A stretch of DNA of 64,000 nt, from the IMG/VR virus record IMGVR_UViG_3300025012_000049, positions 32,304 through 96,303 of that record. The stretch is one strand, 5' to 3'. This stretch comes from a virus. Below the pieces are notes generated by a model. It did no database searches. It was given only the letters and a program-made list of their open reading frames with translations, and was not told the origin of the DNA. The translations under genes and the position numbers were made by a program. Positions 28,015 through 37,157 of the stretch are shown here, in pieces; within the stretch, counting starts at the first letter, position 1, and each line of letters begins with the position of its first letter.

Positions 28015-29169
28015 TTAGTCATCCCACCTGTTTTTTCTTTCTGGTTTAATGGCTTGTTCTATTTCATTCCAATCTTTCTCTACAGCATCAACCAATGCCT
28101 CATATTCATCTTTATCATTTTCAATCAGCTCAATATATTCTTCTCGTTTATAATTTTCATCATTCCATTTAATAATTTTTACTTCTGGACCAAACAAATA
28201 ATCAACCATTGAACCAATATTATCCAAACCATAATCAAATAAGATACAGAATTCAGCATCACGATATGGTTTGGCACATTTATTACGTTTAAATGTAGCT
28301 TCAACCCTAACACCGTAAACTCTTTCCTGTGACCTAAATGTTTTGCTTAATTTCTTTTTGGTTCTTAACCAAGGAACTTGGTGAGTATAAAAGTCCAAAG
28401 CTTTTCCACCAGTTCTTTTATATTTATCACCAAACTTAACACCAATGTTTTCCCTGATTTGTGAAATAGCAAATATGGTTGCATCTTTACCTTGCTGCAA
28501 TTCACAAAGGTGATTGAAGAAACCGCCTGAAAAATATTTAGCTTTTTCTGTACCATAAGCATCTTCTTCATCTTTGTCTTTTTTTAACGATTGTACATTA
28601 CGTTCTTTTTGGGCGGAAGAAATTGTAGCGTCAATTGAATCCCACGCATATAATAAACATTCTCCATCTTTAAGGTTTTGAATTCTCCTTTGAATGTTTC
28701 TTCCTCCTGCTTCACAAGTTGGTGAAGAAATCCATTCAACTGCATCAACAAAATCCTTACCATACATTTCTTCAATTGGAAAATCCATCACTCCTTCTGC
28801 ATTGTCATAAACCATAAGCAGTTTTTTAACTTTTGGAAATGCATACGAAGGAATATCACCAAACTTTTTAAGAGTGTAAAAGGCATTAGCAAAGGCTTCC
28901 AATGTTAATAGTGTTTTCCCTGAACTACCATCACCAACTGGATTGATAATTCTACCCCTTGCCCAACCACCTCTACGACCTTTTTGAGATGCAGCAAGGT
29001 TAAGAATAACTGAACCTGTATTCAAATAATCAATACGCTTGTTTTCTTCTTTTGGTTCTTCTGTAAGAGTTTTCCTTAGAGATTTCTTTTTTACTGTTCT
29101 AACTTCAGCAGTAGCTAAAGTAGTTTTAGCTTTATCAGATTTTAAATTAAGGCGTCCCATTGTTTTCAT
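28015..29169 (-). CDS. recA: RecA/UvsX-like recombinase
   Basis: TGSVILN, GDGSSGKT, WDSIDA, SQIRENIG, TGGKALDFY. Confidence 0.9.
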   Translation of the reverse strand: MKTMGRLNLKSDKAKTTLATAEVRTVKKKSLRKTLTEEPKEENKRIDYLNTGSVILNLAASQKGRRGGWARGRIINPVGDGSSGKTLLTLEAFANAFYTLKKFGDIPSYAFPKVKKLLMVYDNAEGVMDFPIEEMYGKDFVDAVEWISSPTCEAGGRNIQRRIQNLKDGECLLYAWDSIDATISSAQKERNVQSLKKDKDEEDAYGTEKAKYFSGGFFNHLCELQQGKDATIFAISQIRENIGVKFGDKYKRTGGKALDFYTHQVPWLRTKKKLSKTFRSQERVYGVRVEATFKRNKCAKPYRDAEFCILFDYGLDNIGSMVDYLFGPEVKIIKWNDENYKREEYIELIENDKDEYEALVDAVEKDWNEIEQAIKPERKNRWDD

Positions 29170-29176
29170 TTTCTCC

Positions 29177-29395
29177 TTATTGGATTACACGTTTTTGAAT
29201 ATCATAAACTTCACCATTAAAAATCATACCTTTTAATTGAATACTATCAGACATTTTTTTATCGTATCGTTTTTCAAAAACTACCATACCACAAAAAAAA
29301 CCAATTAGAAAAACTATCAAAGTCCACAAGCCATAAGTATGAAATTTATTACTTAGACCGGTTGTGAATTTCCTTACATCGTTTTGGATTTCCAT
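29177..29395 (-). CDS. Small single-TM protein
   Basis: Central hydrophobic helix; GAGG RBS. Confidence 0.5.
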   Translation of the reverse strand: MEIQNDVRKFTTGLSNKFHTYGLWTLIVFLIGFFCGMVVFEKRYDKKMSDSIQLKGMIFNGEVYDIQKRVIQ

Positions 29396-29423
29396 TTTCC
29401 TCTTCCTTTCTTTCCCTAGTTGT

Positions 29424-29954
29424 CTATAGGCTTCTGTATAATTGAATAACGTGTTCCGCTTGTTTCTTAGCCAAAGGATTATTGCCGCCCTTATACAAAG
29501 CTAAAGCTAAACGTATATCGCCTTTGGCATAACCTATTTTTTCCTCTAAAATTTTACAACCAATTAATATATCAACATCTTCCCATTGTTTGGTGGCTAT
29601 CGGGGTTTGCATTAAACCTTTATAGCCTTTTTCTGATACAGCTTTCTTATCAAAGTCTGATTCAGTTCTAATCAATGCTGCAATCAATTTTGGATCAATT
29701 TTGATTTTATCTGCTCCTTCTAAAATTGCTGTGGTTATCTTATCAACAGATTTATTGGCACAACCTAGCTTTAATAACGTGTCTTTTATTTCTTGAAACC
29801 TTGGATCATTTACTGATTTTTCTACAATAACAAAAGGTAAAGGCATTTTTTCCTCAATATGTCTAAATTTAATAAACACATTGAAAGACAAAACAAAGAT
29901 AATCAGCAGTTTAAAGACAACAGATAAAAAGTGTAGAACAATGATTTTTTTCAA
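29424..29954 (-). CDS. Membrane-anchored lytic transglycosylase (SLT domain)
   Basis: LIAALIRTESDF, AVS, GLMQ and ALALYKGG motifs; N-terminal TM. Confidence 0.85.
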   Translation of the reverse strand: MKKIIVLHFLSVVFKLLIIFVLSFNVFIKFRHIEEKMPLPFVIVEKSVNDPRFQEIKDTLLKLGCANKSVDKITTAILEGADKIKIDPKLIAALIRTESDFDKKAVSEKGYKGLMQTPIATKQWEDVDILIGCKILEEKIGYAKGDIRLALALYKGGNNPLAKKQAEHVIQLYRSL

Positions 29955-29974
29955 ATCATATTCTCCTTTTTATA

Positions 29975-30021
29975 AATAAACAGGTATGGTTTTATTATTG
30001 CATTATCCATACCTGTTTATT
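29975..30021 (-). terminator. Terminator-like hairpin after the SSB gene
   Basis: AATAAACAGGTATGG...CCATACCTGTTTATT inverted repeat. Confidence 0.6.
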
Positions 30022-30038
30022 CTTATTTTAATTACACA

Positions 30039-31199
30039 TTAGAATGGCAAATCATCTTCTTCAATTTCACCTTCGACGATTTTAGAATACAAATCATCAA
30101 CAATAGCTTCAACTGCTTCTTCCCGTTCTTTTATTTCAAGGGCTTCTTCATAATCATTTTCTTTACACCATTTTTTAAACTTGAAGTCTTTCATTTCTGT
30201 CAAATCTTCTTCTAACTCTTCAAGTTTAGCTACCATATCTTCATCAATATCTTTGTTCTTTTTCTTTTTATCTTTTCCTTTAGCCGGTTTTTCATCTTCT
30301 TCATCTTCTTCATCTTCTTCTTGTTTCTTATTCTTTTTGCTTTTACTTGGTTTTTCGTCTTCCTCTTCATTATCCATAGCAGTCATCATGGATACTTTAA
30401 CCTCTTCAGAGGTAGGAATGTGCAGAAACATTTCCAGAGGATGTTTATAATTGCCTTCCTCAGCAGCAGAAATGATTTCATCCAATTGTTCAAGAATTTC
30501 ATCAGGAATGGGTTCTTCTCGATCCAAAAGAGCAAATCCTTTATATTCAGGAAAATCACCCTTGTTCTTTTGAATCATTTCAAAATTAATAGTTCTGCCT
30601 TCTCCGTCTTCTTCAACATCAGAAATATCCAAAGTAGTTTTTTTACGTTTATCTCTGACAAGGATTTGAATTTCAGCATGTGCTTTGGTTTTAGGTGCTG
30701 CCCAAATACTCAATTGATATTCGGGGTCTTCATTTTCTGCTAATTCAGCAGTACGATCCCACATAAGCCAGATAGCCCGATCAGTGGGGTACAAAGCTTT
30801 AATTTCTTCGGTGGGTTTAGTTCCTTTAGGGTGTTCCCGATACATCTTTTGTTGTTCTTCACAACGATAACATTTTTTACCGTTATATCGTTGCAAGCAA
30901 ACAAACTGGTCAAAGGAAGCACCAACACTATAATGTATAGAGCATTCAAAAACATAAGGTGTATCTGCATCATAAGACGCCGGAAGGATTTCAATGTAAT
31001 TATCACCAATATGAGGACGAAATTCTTTTACATTGAATTTTTCCAGTATTTCCTGATTGAAGCAGGATTTACCACCACCACCAGCTTTACTTTTTTCTTC
31101 CCTTTCATTATACATTTTTTCAAGTATTGTCGTGTCCCGTTTTTTAAATTTGCTCCTTAATCCACCAGACTTTTTACCAAGTGATTTTTTCAGTGCCAT
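30039..31199 (-). CDS. Single-stranded DNA-binding protein (gp32-like)
   Basis: IEILP...IHY...CL...CYRC zinc motif; acidic tail ending EDDLPF. Confidence 0.75.
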   Translation of the reverse strand: MALKKSLGKKSGGLRSKFKKRDTTILEKMYNEREEKSKAGGGGKSCFNQEILEKFNVKEFRPHIGDNYIEILPASYDADTPYVFECSIHYSVGASFDQFVCLQRYNGKKCYRCEEQQKMYREHPKGTKPTEEIKALYPTDRAIWLMWDRTAELAENEDPEYQLSIWAAPKTKAHAEIQILVRDKRKKTTLDISDVEEDGEGRTINFEMIQKNKGDFPEYKGFALLDREEPIPDEILEQLDEIISAAEEGNYKHPLEMFLHIPTSEEVKVSMMTAMDNEEEDEKPSKSKKNKKQEEDEEDEEDEKPAKGKDKKKKNKDIDEDMVAKLEELEEDLTEMKDFKFKKWCKENDYEEALEIKEREEAVEAIVDDLYSKIVEGEIEEDDLPF

Positions 31200-31227
31200 T
31201 GTTTTACTTTCCTTTCAGTTGGTTGTT

Positions 31228-31734
31228 TTATTCCTCTGAATCATCCAGAGAAAGTGGTTTTTTACGTTTTTTAACAACATATGTTTCTGAAGTATAATAA
31301 TTATTCAACCACAATTCTGTAAGTGTTTTTATCATCCTTCCCCGTTCTTGAATAGTATTTAAAAGAATAGATAGTTGTTCTTCCTTGGTTTTAGCAAACA
31401 GATAAGAAGAAAACGCTCGTTTATATTCTGGCTGTGTTTTTGTCTCTTTGTAGACCACTGTGTCTGTTACTTTATCTAATTTGTATTTTTTGGGGTTTTT
31501 TCTTATTTCCTTGGCTAAATCAGACTCAATAACTTCTAATCTATTCTTAGCAGCTAGGGATAATTCTCTGGCTCTAGGTAATAAATTGGAAATCTTCTCC
31601 ATAAGTGTAACCTGTTTGGTGGCTTCTTCTTCTAATTTAAACTTATCAATTGGTAGATTATTTAAAATATAATCCAGTATTCCTGATTTATCTTCCTCCT
31701 TCCTTTCCTCTTTTTGTAAATTCATTCGTTTCAT
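31228..31734 (-). CDS. UvsY-like recombination mediator
   Basis: Helical protein with KVTDTVV...EY pattern, adjacent to SSB/RecA. Confidence 0.55.
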   Translation of the reverse strand: MKRMNLQKEERKEEDKSGILDYILNNLPIDKFKLEEEATKQVTLMEKISNLLPRARELSLAAKNRLEVIESDLAKEIRKNPKKYKLDKVTDTVVYKETKTQPEYKRAFSSYLFAKTKEEQLSILLNTIQERGRMIKTLTELWLNNYYTSETYVVKKRKKPLSLDDSEE

Positions 31735-31737
31735 AGT

Positions 31738-31962
31738 TTATCCTCGGTTCATATAATTGATAAGAAACTTAGCTGATAATATAGGCCAAATAACAGGGGT
31801 GGTGATGGCTGTTATTATCAGAAAAATAAAATGATAGGTCTTTATTTGTCTTTCTTGTTTTATTTTCCAATGAATAAACTTCAATAAGAAAAACCAAAAA
31901 TAAATGGTGAAGAAAATATAAACACACAAAGTATAATTTTTAATCATATCTACAATATCCAT
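31738..31962 (-). CDS. Small two-TM protein
   Basis: Two hydrophobic segments, IWP motif. Confidence 0.5.
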   Translation of the reverse strand: MDIVDMIKNYTLCVYIFFTIYFWFFLLKFIHWKIKQERQIKTYHFIFLIITAITTPVIWPILSAKFLINYMNRG

Positions 31963-31963
31963 G

Positions 31964-32197
31964 CTACTTATCCTCCTTTAAAAGATTATTTATTTTATTT
32001 GTGGAAGAATATATAATGTCTTGTTTTTGTAATGTTTTACATTTGGTTTCTGTTGTAACTGCCATTTCCATGATAATTAGAATAAGTTCTTCCCTAGTAA
32101 AATCTTCAAGGTTTATACCATAAAATGTACCTACTTTTCCTTTATGTGTTTCTGCAAGGTCATCCATTAAATCCTGTAGATCTTCTTTTGTTATCAT
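31964..32197 (-). CDS. Hypothetical protein
   Basis: In operon. Confidence 0.5.
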   Translation of the reverse strand: MITKEDLQDLMDDLAETHKGKVGTFYGINLEDFTREELILIIMEMAVTTETKCKTLQKQDIIYSSTNKINNLLKEDK

Positions 32198-32209
32198 AAT
32201 TTTATCTTT

Positions 32210-33163
32210 CTAAAAAGAAAATTTACGTCTGACTTTTTCCGTGGAAGCATCCAATTCTTTTTTAATCTCCCCCAATTGTTTATTAATGGTTTTAGTCAAT
32301 GCTTCATCATCTCTTAAATCTTTGGGAGTAACCCCTTTTACCACATTTTTTGCTTTGGTAATCAATGATTCCAATTCACTATCGTTAAATACGTTTTTAT
32401 TTTGGAACTCGTTGAAAAATTCCGTAACTTTATCAATAGAAGAAGCTCTTAGACGTTTTTCTTCACCATCTAATTTACCGGAAAGAGTATTAGTTAAATG
32501 AGTAACAATTTCTGCAAATCCTTCTCGCAAAGCTAATACCGCTTCCTTTTTAGCTTGTTGCATTAGGTCATTAAACCTTTTGGTTTCCTCTTCTCTAATT
32601 TCTTTGGTGATGCTGGATGGAACAGTCATTTCAAAGAAACGCCAATAGATACCAAACCGTTCTCTGATGTTTCTTGGATAATCAGCTTCATTGAATATTT
32701 CTTCATCCATATCAGCTTTAGCTTCACCAATAAATTCATCATATTGATTAGCAAACTCTTCAATTTTTACTTTCATTTCATCAAAGATACTAATTAAACC
32801 TGTATTTATTTTTTCAACAGTGCCTAGAGGAATAAAATAAATACCTTTAATTGGAAAGGGAAGAGCAACAGAGGTAATTAATTTTCTTGCTTCAGTAATA
32901 CAGAATTGAATATCTTCCAATTTTTTACGGTTGATAAGATTTTTATTGGCTTTCAACCAGCCATTTTCAAAATCTTTACCATATTTTTTAGCTTTATCTT
33001 TGGGGATTCTTTTAACTGCTTGCCAACAATGGGTTTCAAATTGAAGAAGGGTGCCTAGATTGAAAATATTGATTTCATTTGATTTACCAGTAGAAATTTT
33101 AGGTTTGCTTTTTTTATTTAATTTTAACCTGATTATTTTATTACTACTCTTACCCGTTTTCAT
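32210..33163 (-). CDS. DUF3150-like protein
   Basis: ALPF...GIYFIP...FANQYD...DYP...RF pattern; GGAGG RBS; own promoter; AAA-module context. Confidence 0.6.
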   Translation of the reverse strand: MKTGKSSNKIIRLKLNKKSKPKISTGKSNEINIFNLGTLLQFETHCWQAVKRIPKDKAKKYGKDFENGWLKANKNLINRKKLEDIQFCITEARKLITSVALPFPIKGIYFIPLGTVEKINTGLISIFDEMKVKIEEFANQYDEFIGEAKADMDEEIFNEADYPRNIRERFGIYWRFFEMTVPSSITKEIREEETKRFNDLMQQAKKEAVLALREGFAEIVTHLTNTLSGKLDGEEKRLRASSIDKVTEFFNEFQNKNVFNDSELESLITKAKNVVKGVTPKDLRDDEALTKTINKQLGEIKKELDASTEKVRRKFSF

Positions 33164-33198
33164 TTTTACCTCCAATCTTTGTAAGAAGGGGAATTTTC

Positions 33199-33227
33199 AT
33201 TGTAACTACTTAGTGGTTTTTCGTCAA
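33199..33227 (-). promoter_or_regulatory. Sigma70-type promoter
   Basis: TTGACG-N17-TACAAT followed by GAAAATTCCC. Confidence 0.7.
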
Positions 33228-33719
33228 TCAAAATGTAAATTTCCTATTTAGCAATCTAACATGTTTAATTATTTCTTTTTGTTCCTTATCTATGACACTA
33301 CCATTTATTTCTTTGGTAAAATCACCAAGAATACCGCAGAAAACAAAACTATATTGATGAAGGTTATCATAAATACCATATTCCATATTACTAAAAAAAC
33401 CACAAACATTGTCAAATGATTTATCTTTAAAAACCAGATAACCTATTTCAGTTTGTAACTCTGATAACCAATTAAAACCAGTTAGAGAATGGAAAAAAGT
33501 AATCATTTTAATTTCTATAGATGAAGGTGATATTATGTGATTATCTATAGTTTTGACATTTGTTATGGCAGAAATAGACTCACATACTTCTTTTATAGTA
33601 ATAATTTTATTTTTGTTTGGGTAATGTATTTTTGCAGGAAACAAAAATGTATTGGCTGTTTTTGCATCGACTATTAAATCTTTTGTTTTAATATCTTCAA
33701 TATTATATTCATCAGTCAA
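33228..33719 (-). CDS. Hypothetical protein
   Basis: Ends RLLNRKFTF. Confidence 0.5.
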   Translation of the reverse strand: MTDEYNIEDIKTKDLIVDAKTANTFLFPAKIHYPNKNKIITIKEVCESISAITNVKTIDNHIISPSSIEIKMITFFHSLTGFNWLSELQTEIGYLVFKDKSFDNVCGFFSNMEYGIYDNLHQYSFVFCGILGDFTKEINGSVIDKEQKEIIKHVRLLNRKFTF

Positions 33720-34353
33720 AATGTATTCTCCTTGTCAGTATTCTATTCTTTTTCCTTTCCTCTTCTTCCTGCTTGGTTTTTTCCAATAATTGTTTTTCTT
33801 TTAAGGTATGATAATACATATACAAATCGCCAGATATATTTTTTCCAATAAATTCAAAAGAATAATCCCCCTCATTTATACTTTCTATTTTTCCTTCTAA
33901 AGTAAAGGTTTTATTTTTGTTTGTGTTGTTTTTATCAGCAATCGTAAAACCAAGACGACCTTTTGCATATCTCAAAGAAGGTATTTTAAAATGGTCATTA
34001 TTATGTTCTATTGATACATTTATTTTTATTTGGTTTGTTACAATACTTTGTTTTATATCAGTTATTGTGCAATTTCTAAGAAAAACTCTATCTGAAGCAT
34101 ATGCTGGATTATTTTGAAATTTATAATTATTTTGAAATTTATGAAATACTGTTTCAACAATAGGTATAGTGATATCAACTTTTTTGTTTTTTCTTTGTTT
34201 AAATTTTTCTTTTATTTTCTGAATATCTTTTTGCTCTTTTGTTTCAGTTGTTGCAATATATGTAGTAGTTATTTTTGGAATCCCATAAATATCAAAAAGA
34301 GCATTTTCTAAATCATTGTCATCATCGTCATCAAAAGGATTTTGGACACTCAT
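33712..34353 (-). CDS. Hypothetical protein
   Basis: Acidic N-terminus; ends RILTRRIHFD. Confidence 0.5.
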   Translation of the reverse strand: MSVQNPFDDDDDNDLENALFDIYGIPKITTTYIATTETKEQKDIQKIKEKFKQRKNKKVDITIPIVETVFHKFQNNYKFQNNPAYASDRVFLRNCTITDIKQSIVTNQIKINVSIEHNNDHFKIPSLRYAKGRLGFTIADKNNTNKNKTFTLEGKIESINEGDYSFEFIGKNISGDLYMYYHTLKEKQLLEKTKQEEEERKKNRILTRRIHFD

Positions 34354-34359
34354 AATTGA

Positions 34360-34551
34360 TTACCTCTTAATAGTTACACCAGTTCCGATTTTCTCAGTTT
34401 CATAATATTCTGGTTTATGTTTTTTATTGGTGACTTTACCTAGTGCTTCTTCAATTTTCTTGGTTGCTTGTTCACAACTTATCCCTTTAAAATTTTGACC
34501 TTCAATTTGGATTTCTCCTTTTGGAGAAATTGTTATAATAATTTCCGGCAT
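34360..34551 (-). CDS. DUF2997-family protein
   Basis: ITISPKGEIQIEGQNFKGISCEQATKKIEEALG...KPEYY. Confidence 0.8.
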   Translation of the reverse strand: MPEIIITISPKGEIQIEGQNFKGISCEQATKKIEEALGKVTNKKHKPEYYETEKIGTGVTIKR

Positions 34552-34568
34552 ATTATTCTCCCTTTTGT

Positions 34569-34754
34569 CTATATATTTTCTTTAAAATATTTTGTTTTGT
34601 TCCCTTTGGTCGTTTCCATTGTTACTTCAAATGTGCCTGTTCCGCCTCTATCATCATTTATTTCAACACATAAAATTGATTCTGCTTTCAAATGTGTTTG
34701 TTCAAAATATTTAATTTGAGCTACAAACAATTGAGCTAAATCTTTTTTAGTCAT
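34569..34754 (-). CDS. Hypothetical protein
   Basis: AAAGGA RBS. Confidence 0.45.
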   Translation of the reverse strand: MTKKDLAQLFVAQIKYFEQTHLKAESILCVEINDDRGGTGTFEVTMETTKGNKTKYFKENI

Positions 34755-34771
34755 ATCACTTTATCCTTTCT

Positions 34772-35026
34772 TTATGAGAATAATTCCTGATTAAAGAATT
34801 CAATTTCAGCATTGATAGCATCTTCCCTTTTAACAAATGCCATAGGAAGACAGCAACCAGTATAAATGCCGTGTAGAATTGTGACAACCCATTTTTGAAT
34901 ATTTGCATTAAACTCAACTTCACTAACACGTTTTATTTCTTTTTTGCCTTCAAACTCAGAAAGAAAATCTGAGTACAAAGAATGAATTGTTCCATCTGGT
35001 TTAATTATTAGGTTTATTTCTTTCAT
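34772..35026 (-). CDS. Hypothetical protein of the AAA/DUF2997 module
   Basis: IKPDGTIHSLYSD...IKRVSEVE...REDAINAEIE. Confidence 0.55.
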   Translation of the reverse strand: MKEINLIIKPDGTIHSLYSDFLSEFEGKKEIKRVSEVEFNANIQKWVVTILHGIYTGCCLPMAFVKREDAINAEIEFFNQELFS

Positions 35027-35717
35027 TTTTAAATTTCTCCAATATATCCTCTTCTGTTAGATATCTAAAAACCCAGCCTTTATGTTGTTTATATTTCCCC
35101 AATAAACAATTGTTCAAACTTTTTCTGTTTAGTTTGTGTTCTTTAGAAAAATCAGATTGGTTTTTACTTTTGTATTTTTTTCCATTTGGAGAAAATGCTA
35201 TAAACCATTTATTTCTCCTTGTATTTTTTCCCTGTAGATTTTTTGGTATAAAAACACAATTAACAAAAGTGTAGTTATTATTACTATCTTTTCTTTCAAG
35301 GGTCAGGTAGTTTTTTTCTGTTATTTCTTTTCTATATACCTTTTTGGCATGAATATACTTAAAATACATATCTTTTTTAAACTCTAAAAAATCATTCCAT
35401 CTAGGATCATGAATTATACCTCTACCACCATAAAAAGGATAATCAAGGGTGTTTTTATTATTACATCTTCTTCGCATGGAAGACCAGTATTTATAAAGAA
35501 TATGTTTTGTTTCCCCATGCTTTTTGCTTAAATTTCCTCTGATTTCGCGTGTAAGACAACCACATGATTTTGTATGTCCATTTAACAAAGCATAAATTCT
35601 TACTGAACTTATTTTATTATTGTCACAAACACATACGCAGAGAAAATTATATGTTTTTGTTTTGTCTTTTTTTATTACTGTTAATCTCCCAAATTTCTTC
35701 CCTATAATATCATTCAT
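35001..35717 (-). CDS. Free-standing HNH-type homing endonuclease
   Basis: GKKFGRLTV, KSCGC, YGGRGI and TLERKDSNNNYTFVNC motifs; C-terminal DNA-binding domain. Confidence 0.8.
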   Translation of the reverse strand: MNDIIGKKFGRLTVIKKDKTKTYNFLCVCVCDNNKISSVRIYALLNGHTKSCGCLTREIRGNLSKKHGETKHILYKYWSSMRRRCNNKNTLDYPFYGGRGIIHDPRWNDFLEFKKDMYFKYIHAKKVYRKEITEKNYLTLERKDSNNNYTFVNCVFIPKNLQGKNTRRNKWFIAFSPNGKKYKSKNQSDFSKEHKLNRKSLNNCLLGKYKQHKGWVFRYLTEEDILEKFKNERNKPNN

Positions 35718-35719
35718 TT

Positions 35720-36106
35720 TTAATTTACCATTATTTTTAATTCAATAACTCCGTTTTCTTTTGTTTTTTCTGTAAAAATATATCCTTGCATTTTTGCCAC
35801 ATTTTTTGCAACTTCAACAGCATAAGTTTGTTTTAGTTTATTTGCATTTTCACCTAATACTTTTGATAAACCTCCAGAAGAATATGAGTCCCATTGAAGT
35901 ACATAATCATTATTCTCACCCTTAATTATGCCTAGATCAAAGGAACAATTAGGGAAAGAAGCAGCATGGAGGCATTTCCCTTTTCTTCCTGCATAATAAC
36001 TAAATTCAGTTTTATTTTTATGAAATGTGCCACCTAATTTTTTAACTGCTTTTTCCAAACAAGGAAGATTATTAACTTCAAGATTTATTTTACTGATATG
36101 ACTCAT
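35720..36106 (-). CDS. DUF1257 (Ycf35-like) protein
   Basis: MSHISKI...LEKAVKKLG...LQWD...LKQTYA. Confidence 0.75.
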   Translation of the reverse strand: MSHISKINLEVNNLPCLEKAVKKLGGTFHKNKTEFSYYAGRKGKCLHAASFPNCSFDLGIIKGENNDYVLQWDSYSSGGLSKVLGENANKLKQTYAVEVAKNVAKMQGYIFTEKTKENGVIELKIMVN

Positions 36107-36108
36107 GA

Positions 36109-36391
36109 TTACACCTCTTTCTTTTTAAGTTCAAATTCTTCTACTTTTCTATTAAGTAGTTCCCATAATTCATTACTTGCATCATTATTTTCTGTATCAA
36201 AAAAAGCTTTCCATAGTTCTTTATCTTCTTGCTTAATAAAAGAATCTAAATCTTCTTTAAAAGGTTCAAAACTTGAATTAAATCTAAGCCACAACTCAAC
36301 CAAGTCTAATTCATTCTCTACATTAATAGTAATAGCAAAAGGTTTAAATTTGGTTTTTTTTTTCAACCACTTTGATTTCTTTCACTTTCAT
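36109..36391 (-). pseudogene. Paralog of 36407..36688 with a frameshift in an A10 tract
   Basis: RBS and ATG 36391 give MKVKEIKVVEKK; removing one A from the A10 run restores frame into TKFKPFAI...LDLVELW. Confidence 0.65.
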
Positions 36392-36406
36392 TTTATTTAT
36401 CCTTTC

Positions 36407-36688
36407 TTATTCATCTTCTTCGTCACCATAATTATCCATCTCATATTCTATAACTTTTTTGTTTAAAATATCCCAAATCTCTTTTGGTCCTTTATTCATT
36501 TTTGAAACCTTAAAAGACTCAGCATACTCAAGTTTAAATTTATCATCTATAGCACGAAAAAGTGTGTCTTTTTCTTGGTTAAATAAAGCCCAAAGCTCTA
36601 CTAAATCTAGTTCTTTTTCAATATCAATATTAATAGCAAAAGGTTTAAATTTTTTCTCTTCAATAATTTCTATCTTTTTCACTTTCAT
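36407..36688 (-). CDS. Hypothetical protein (tandem duplicate family)
   Basis: MKVKKIEIIEEKKFKPFAI...LDLVELW. Confidence 0.6.
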   Translation of the reverse strand: MKVKKIEIIEEKKFKPFAINIDIEKELDLVELWALFNQEKDTLFRAIDDKFKLEYAESFKVSKMNKGPKEIWDILNKKVIEYEMDNYGDEEDE

Positions 36689-36693
36689 TTTAT

Positions 36694-36945
36694 TTATCCT
36701 TTCTTATCTTCAAATCGTAGGAAAACAACATCAATTAACTTCTTGCCAAGATACAAACCCAAAGGAATAAATAAACTATTTGCCAAGGGATTTTCCCAAA
36801 TGGATTTATCCACCACTACATAATGTTTATTTAACCCTTCTATTGCTTTAGTATTTATCCAGAAATTAAATAAAAGCCAACTACCAATAACTACTACAAT
36901 CAAAAAAGAATAAAACAAATATCTAGTATACTTCATAATTATCAA
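36694..36945 (-). CDS. Small membrane protein
   Basis: Two hydrophobic segments. Confidence 0.5.
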   Translation of the reverse strand: MIIMKYTRYLFYSFLIVVVIGSWLLFNFWINTKAIEGLNKHYVVVDKSIWENPLANSLFIPLGLYLGKKLIDVVFLRFEDKKG

Positions 36946-37144
36946 CCATATCTTTATTAACAGCTTCTCGAAGATTGGCTAATACCATTCGATCATGTAA
37001 AGTATCTTCCATAGCATAACGTTTAATATGCTCACATTGAATCTTTTTACAAAGCAATGTATTAGGGCTGATTTCACCATCCTCACTTAAACATAACCCT
37101 TGTGCATTTATTTGACATTCATAAACTACACATTTGATTTTCAT
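36923..37144 (-). CDS. Cys-rich small protein
   Basis: KC...EC..N..G.C...C; AAAGGAG RBS. Confidence 0.5.
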   Translation of the reverse strand: MKIKCVVYECQINAQGLCLSEDGEISPNTLLCKKIQCEHIKRYAMEDTLHDRMVLANLREAVNKDMVDNYEVY

Positions 37145-37157
37145 TTTATTTCTCCTT

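Noticed and set aside
30181-31239. Multiple + strand ORFs opposite SSB, and similar ones opposite 45953..47521
   Set aside because: Ser/Phe-rich antisense shadows of E/K-rich genes
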